Below, one piece after another: positions 22,319-25,968 of a stretch of DNA of 25,968 nt. The notes beneath the pieces were generated by a model, which had not been told where the DNA came from, did not search any database, and worked only from the letters and a program-made list of their open reading frames with translations. A program made the position numbers and the translations under genes. Source of the stretch: a virus. Position 1 is the stretch's first letter, and every line of letters begins with the position of its first letter. The stretch is from the IMG/VR virus record IMGVR_UViG_3300026194_000306; one strand, 5' to 3'.

Positions 22319-22381
22319 AGTGTAGTGGTCACAATCTCAACGCACCCCCGTAGAGTGATACGAGATTGTGACCACTACACT
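22319..22381. repeat. Perfect 20-bp inverted repeat with a 23-nt spacer, upstream of the integrase
   Basis: AGTGTAGTGGTCACAATCTC 22319-22338 / GAGATTGTGACCACTACACT 22362-22381. Confidence 0.95.
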
Positions 22382-22410
22382 TATGGGGCTCTAGAGGCAT
22401 TCTCCTTTTC

Positions 22411-23682
22411 ATGAGCACGTTTCGTTACCGCGACCGGCCGGAGTACCGGGCGTCTATCCTCCGGCAGGCGGTTGATGACGGGAGGCTGTCGAGCCGGGAG
22501 AGTGATCTGATACAACAGTTCCTGGCAGAGCGCCGGGCGAAGAAGGGGCTCTCGCAGGGAAGGTTGTCCCTTTACACCCATCACCTGATCAGGATCCGGG
22601 ACTTCGTGCCGTGTGCCTACCCGGAGATGGCTGCCCTGGACTTGATGATGTGCGTGAACAGTATCTCGGACGGGGTTTCCCAGAAGGGGGTGCCGTTTTC
22701 GCAGAACACGAAGCACGACTATATCCTGACTCTGAAGATTTTTACGCGGTGGATGGTCGAGCGGGGGATCGTCGATATCCCTCTGTCCGAGGTGAAGGAG
22801 ATTGATGTTCCCCGGCAGCCGCGGGCGACGAAGACCGCGGACGACATGCTATCCGACAAGGAGATCCTTGTTGTGATGGGGGCCTGCGGGAACTCGAAGG
22901 AGCGGGCGATGGTCTCGACGGTGTATGATGCGGCGTTGCGGATCGAGGAACTTCAGGATCTCCGGTGGGGGCGGATAGCACGGCTGAAGCACGGCGTGGC
23001 GATCACGACGGATAAGAAGACCGGATACCAAAGGCGGATCCCCTGCACGGTGTGCGGGTCGTACCTGACGGCCTGGCGGAACGATTACCCGGGGGACGCG
23101 ACGGGGGAGAACTTCGTGTTCATCACGAAGGACCTGGAGCCGTACATGTATAGCGGGTTCCAGTACGTCCTGAAGAAGATCCGGAAGCGGCTGAGGGACC
23201 AGGGGCACGGGGAGATCGCGGATAAGTTAGGCTGGCACGTCCTGCGACATGCCCGACTGACGGAGTTTGTCCGCCGGGGGATGTCGGAGACGACGCTCGG
23301 TCAGATCGGGTGGGGGCATCGCTCCTCGATGATCGAGTGCTACGTACACATGAGCAGGGACGATATCGAACGGGAGGTGCTGGCGATTGCCGGTATCAAG
23401 GACGATCAGGCCGAGCGCCCGACGCCGGTGTTCGTGCCCGGGGTCTGCCCGGTGTGTGCATGCACGGATGTCCCGCCGACCGCGTTGTACTGTCCGTCGT
23501 GCCGGTCGCCGCTGACGGAGGAGGCACGGGAGGAGGCTGAGCGGCTGGACCGGGAGACGTCTGACCTTGAGATCCTGCGGGTGCTGCAGGACCCGGTGCA
23601 GCGGGAGTTGTTCCTGTCGATTGTGGATCGGATGCGGAGGGAGGAGGAGGCGCGGGAGGCGCAGGAGGGGGTGAAAGAGTAA
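22411..23682 (+). CDS. Tyrosine recombinase/integrase with an N-terminal CB domain and a C-terminal double Zn ribbon
   Basis: DAALRIEE (R), KKT (K), HVLRH, GWGH, ECYVH (Y); CPVC...CPSC. Confidence 0.93.
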   Translation: MSTFRYRDRPEYRASILRQAVDDGRLSSRESDLIQQFLAERRAKKGLSQGRLSLYTHHLIRIRDFVPCAYPEMAALDLMMCVNSISDGVSQKGVPFSQNTKHDYILTLKIFTRWMVERGIVDIPLSEVKEIDVPRQPRATKTADDMLSDKEILVVMGACGNSKERAMVSTVYDAALRIEELQDLRWGRIARLKHGVAITTDKKTGYQRRIPCTVCGSYLTAWRNDYPGDATGENFVFITKDLEPYMYSGFQYVLKKIRKRLRDQGHGEIADKLGWHVLRHARLTEFVRRGMSETTLGQIGWGHRSSMIECYVHMSRDDIEREVLAIAGIKDDQAERPTPVFVPGVCPVCACTDVPPTALYCPSCRSPLTEEAREEAERLDRETSDLEILRVLQDPVQRELFLSIVDRMRREEEAREAQEGVKE

Positions 23683-23694
23683 CTTTTATCTCCT

Positions 23695-23770
23695 GGCGGC
23701 CCTACATCAGAGTATCTCTTCTTTGACCTCCTCTTTTGGCAGGGTAGTTTTAGGGTTCTGTTTTGTGGTA
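23695..23770 (+). terminator. T-rich putative archaeal terminator after the integrase
   Basis: Oligo-T tracts downstream of the stop codon. Confidence 0.4.
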
Positions 23771-23875
23771 AAAGTGAACCATTGTGATCACGCTGTACCC
23801 GTCCTCGTGAGCGTTTCCCGGTGCCGCACCCGGCCCCCGGTGCGAAAGGGTTAAGTTTTAATAAAAGTGAACCAT
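23769..23875 (+). promoter_or_regulatory. 14-bp direct repeat TAAAAGTGAACCAT flanking the promoter of the second recombinase operon
   Basis: Copies at 23769-23782 and 23862-23875; TTTTAATAAA TATA-like box. Confidence 0.65.
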
Positions 23876-23885
23876 AGTATCTTCT

Positions 23886-24098
23886 ATGGAAAACAGATGT
23901 GGGTGGGGTGAAACAGACCGATCCGGAATGGTCGTGTGCAAGCGAGGTGCCCCATGCGCAACCCTAGAGTACTGCGGGCGCGATCTTGAGGACCCGGATG
24001 CCCCGGCGTCTCAACGCTATTGTAAGTGGTTTATCGAGAGAGGGGCACCATCAGTTCTGCGGTGTGGGCATCTCGTCGGGAGAAGGCTGGTAGAATGA
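23886..24098 (+). CDS. Cys-rich small protein MENRCGWGET..., paralog of 1354-1521
   Basis: Shared M.N.CGWGET..SG...CKR.A......CG...QR.C.WF..RG. Confidence 0.75.
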   Translation: MENRCGWGETDRSGMVVCKRGAPCATLEYCGRDLEDPDAPASQRYCKWFIERGAPSVLRCGHLVGRRLVE

Positions 24099-24673
24099 GT
24101 GAACCGCTCCTGATCCGGTCCGAGAAGGGGAATACCGTCCGGGTCTTCACGCCGGCAGAGGTGGACGCCCTGACCGCGGCGATCAAGCAGCCACACCACC
24201 GGACCCTCTTCAATGTCCTGCTGTGGACGGGGATGCGATACGTCGAGGTGCAGCGGCTACACGAGCACCCGGAGTACGTGCTTCAGGCACGGGGGTATAT
24301 CGACCTGCCCTTTGATGCGGCGAGGAAGAAGAAGGGGAAGCGGACCCCGCCACAGAGGCAGGTGCCGGTCCCGCAGCAGCTCGCCGGGGAGCTGCCGTAC
24401 TTCTTCAGGAACCCGGCCCCGCCCACGGTCCAGGTGTGGGGAAGGAACCTGAAGCGGTGGGCGGTCGCGGCCGGCATCGGGGATGTGGGGGTCTCGCCGA
24501 AGAGCACCAGGAAGACGATCGAGTCATGGATGGTGGTGATTGATGTGCCGATGAATAAGGTGTGCCTCCGGCAGGGGCATGACTCGGTGACGTCGCTGGG
24601 GTATTATCAGAACATGGCGTTCACCTACGATGAGGTGTCTGAGATCCGCCGGCGGCTGGCGTCGTGGGTGTGA
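24095..24673 (+). CDS. Short tyrosine recombinase, catalytic domain only (192 aa)
   Basis: WTGMRYVE (R), KSTRKT (H replaced by K in HxxR), QGH, LGYY (Y); start at the ATGA overlap; no N-terminal CB domain. Confidence 0.85.
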   Translation: MSEPLLIRSEKGNTVRVFTPAEVDALTAAIKQPHHRTLFNVLLWTGMRYVEVQRLHEHPEYVLQARGYIDLPFDAARKKKGKRTPPQRQVPVPQQLAGELPYFFRNPAPPTVQVWGRNLKRWAVAAGIGDVGVSPKSTRKTIESWMVVIDVPMNKVCLRQGHDSVTSLGYYQNMAFTYDEVSEIRRRLASWV

Positions 24674-24692
24674 AGACCCCGCCGGCCCGGGT

Positions 24693-25413
24693 TGTCAAGC
24701 AGTTGACGACCCCTGTTCTTTACTCGTGTCAAGTGCTTGACGGCGCTTGACATCCCTTTTTCGCTGTGCTTGCACCGTTGCCGCATCGGGGCTATTTCCG
24801 GCCCGCTAACACCCCCCATGTTTTTACTTGACACGATGTATGGATATTGCCGAGGGGCCGGCGGAGGGGGTGAGGGGGGAAATTGTGAGAATGGGGCGGG
24901 TTTGGACCGAACGCAACGCCGGGACCGGCCCGGATCCGCGTGGGGGAGAGGGTCAGAACGAGGGTGTTTCACTCCGGCCGGGAAGGGTGATCTACGGGAA
25001 TGTCAAGTGCCGTAACATCTCCCGCTTGACAACGAGTAAACTACCCTGTTAATGTTACTCCGTTTCAGAATCGGAGCAAATTTAACAGCATCTTTACTTG
25101 ACAACTTTTTGCTTGACACATATATGTGTTTGGAGTGTCAAGTGATATGGATGATAGATTTTCCCGGATCGAGAAATGCGGCACGGTGAGGCGTAAACTA
25201 GACGGATTCAGGATATTATATCGCAGCGAGATAAAAATGGATGTGTGAAAACGATCCGACTTGGGCCCAGGTAGATGCACCCTGTCGTTTCACCAGAGCG
25301 TCAGGTTGACATTTCTGGACTTGCTGTAAGCCGAGCGTTAACAGGTGTTAGCATATAAGGAGTTTATAAAAAAGAGGGCGGGGGCCTTGTCGTTGTGCGG
25401 GGAGAATGTCAAG
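24693..25413. repeat. Cluster of TGTCAAG/CTTGACA boxes (iteron-like), candidate replication origin
   Basis: Perfect copies at 24693, 24727, 24746, 24827, 25001, 25025, 25097, 25112, 25136, 25407; 1-2 mismatch copies at 24702, 24736, 25305. Confidence 0.85.
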
Positions 25414-25573
25414 GTTGGAACGCTCGATACTCTCTGACGAGGAGCCGGCACTTATCACGTAACCATATGATGAGGAAGCCCACGATCACCACCGGCAGCA
25501 AAAGCAGGTGGGCAAGGTCTTGTACCTCGTCTCTCTCCCCGATTTTATGAAGGATGAATCTTAGGAGTTTCAT
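25409..25573 (-). CDS. 54-aa single-TM protein MKLLRFILHKIGERDEVQDLAHLLLLPVVIVGFLIIWLRDK...
   Basis: Translated by hand; ATGA overlap with the upstream gene. Confidence 0.55.
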   Translation of the reverse strand: MKLLRFILHKIGERDEVQDLAHLLLLPVVIVGFLIIWLRDKCRLLVREYRAFQP

Positions 25574-25821
25574 TGACCCTCACGCACATATGCCCTAACA
25601 CATTCCGACTCTTTTACCCAATGCCCCGGTTTTAGGGCTGCACGACAATATAGGACGGTAAAGTGCCCGCATCGGCCCGTCACCCTGTGAACCGGGCCAC
25701 CATTATACCGGCACCCGAAACACCGCCCGTCGCCACTCTTGACGGGGAGGGTCGGAGTCCCGTGCCAGTCCCCCTCGTGCCGCCTGCGGGCACCATCCAG
25801 AGTTAAGCAAGGATTGCACAT
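25570..25821 (-). CDS. Cys-rich hypothetical protein MCNPC...CFGC...
   Basis: ORF track trimmed to the ATG after motif A (AGGTGACAAGA). Confidence 0.7.
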   Translation of the reverse strand: MCNPCLTLDGARRRHEGDWHGTPTLPVKSGDGRCFGCRYNGGPVHRVTGRCGHFTVLYCRAALKPGHWVKESECVRAYVREGQ

Positions 25822-25826
25822 TCTTG

Positions 25827-25958
25827 TCACCTACGCACAGTCTTCGAGCAGTCCCACGATTGATGCACAAACGCGGCCTCCTCGGTCGAAAACCGGCGAC
25901 CGCAGACCCGGCACCGATATCCGGCCGGGAGTTCTTCGATCTTCAGTTTGGCTTTCAC
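25827..25958 (-). CDS. 43-aa Zn-finger protein, copy 2 (MKAKLK...VHQSWDCSKTVRR)
   Basis: Translated by hand; 5' part identical to 1183-1344. Confidence 0.75.
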   Translation of the reverse strand: MKAKLKIEELPAGYRCRVCGRRFSTEEAAFVHQSWDCSKTVRR

Positions 25959-25968
25959 TCTTCACCTC
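25870..25968. repeat. 99-bp exact direct repeat, copy 2
   Basis: Identical to 1256-1354. Confidence 0.95.

Larger units (their letters stand above)
1..25968. mobile_element. Temperate archaeal virus / virus-like element, probably a complete circular genome, spindle-shaped-like or other enveloped type
   Basis: Integrases, P-loop ATPase, hairpin capsid-like and spike-like membrane proteins, RHH switches and small Zn-finger early genes; no host housekeeping genes; the reading frame continues cleanly across the end-to-start join. Confidence 0.85.

Noticed and set aside
24625-25280. ORFs in the TGTCAAG region (24625-24972, 24737-25015, 24828-25052, 25065-25280)
   Set aside because: No RBS, low-complexity translations, and they overlap a motif-dense regulatory region
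22181-25410. tRNA gene or tRNA-derived att site near the recombinases
   Set aside because: No T-loop GTTCRA or cloverleaf could be recognised by eye; a tRNAscan or host BLAST would be needed
1256-25968. 99-bp repeat as a simple terminal redundancy or attL/attR pair
   Set aside because: The first copy is internal, lies within a coding sequence, and flanking sequence shows allele-type divergence; it is not next to an integrase and is not tRNA-like

Overview
The window reads as an essentially complete, probably circular, ~26 kb GC-rich archaeal virus or temperate virus-like element. The host is probably a Methanomicrobiales methanogen such as Methanoculleus; this is inferred from the GGAGGTGA-type RBSs, AT-rich TATA promoters and a DUF1628-type archaeal pilin. 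Layout: (1) a leftward early operon (8654 to 943) with a wHTH protein and many tiny Cys/Zn-finger genes, ending in an array whose consecutive gene junctions all carry one of two repeated motifs; (2) a divergent pair of paralogous RHH regulators (8400-9008); (3) a surface module (Pro/Thr membrane protein, CAP protein, DUF5658-like protein, a pilin whose hydrophobic helix is scrambled by two compensating frameshifts); (4) a leftward morphogenesis operon (22180 to 11292) with a P-loop ATPase, helical-hairpin capsid-like proteins resembling those of spindle-shaped viruses and two membrane-anchored spike-like proteins; (5) two tyrosine recombinases, one full length and one catalytic domain only; (6) a non-coding region with 10 perfect TGTCAAG boxes (candidate origin); (7) a second small regulator pair plus mini early operon that appears to run across the 1/25968 join and is bracketed by a 99-bp direct repeat. 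All family assignments come from motif recognition by eye; no database search was run.
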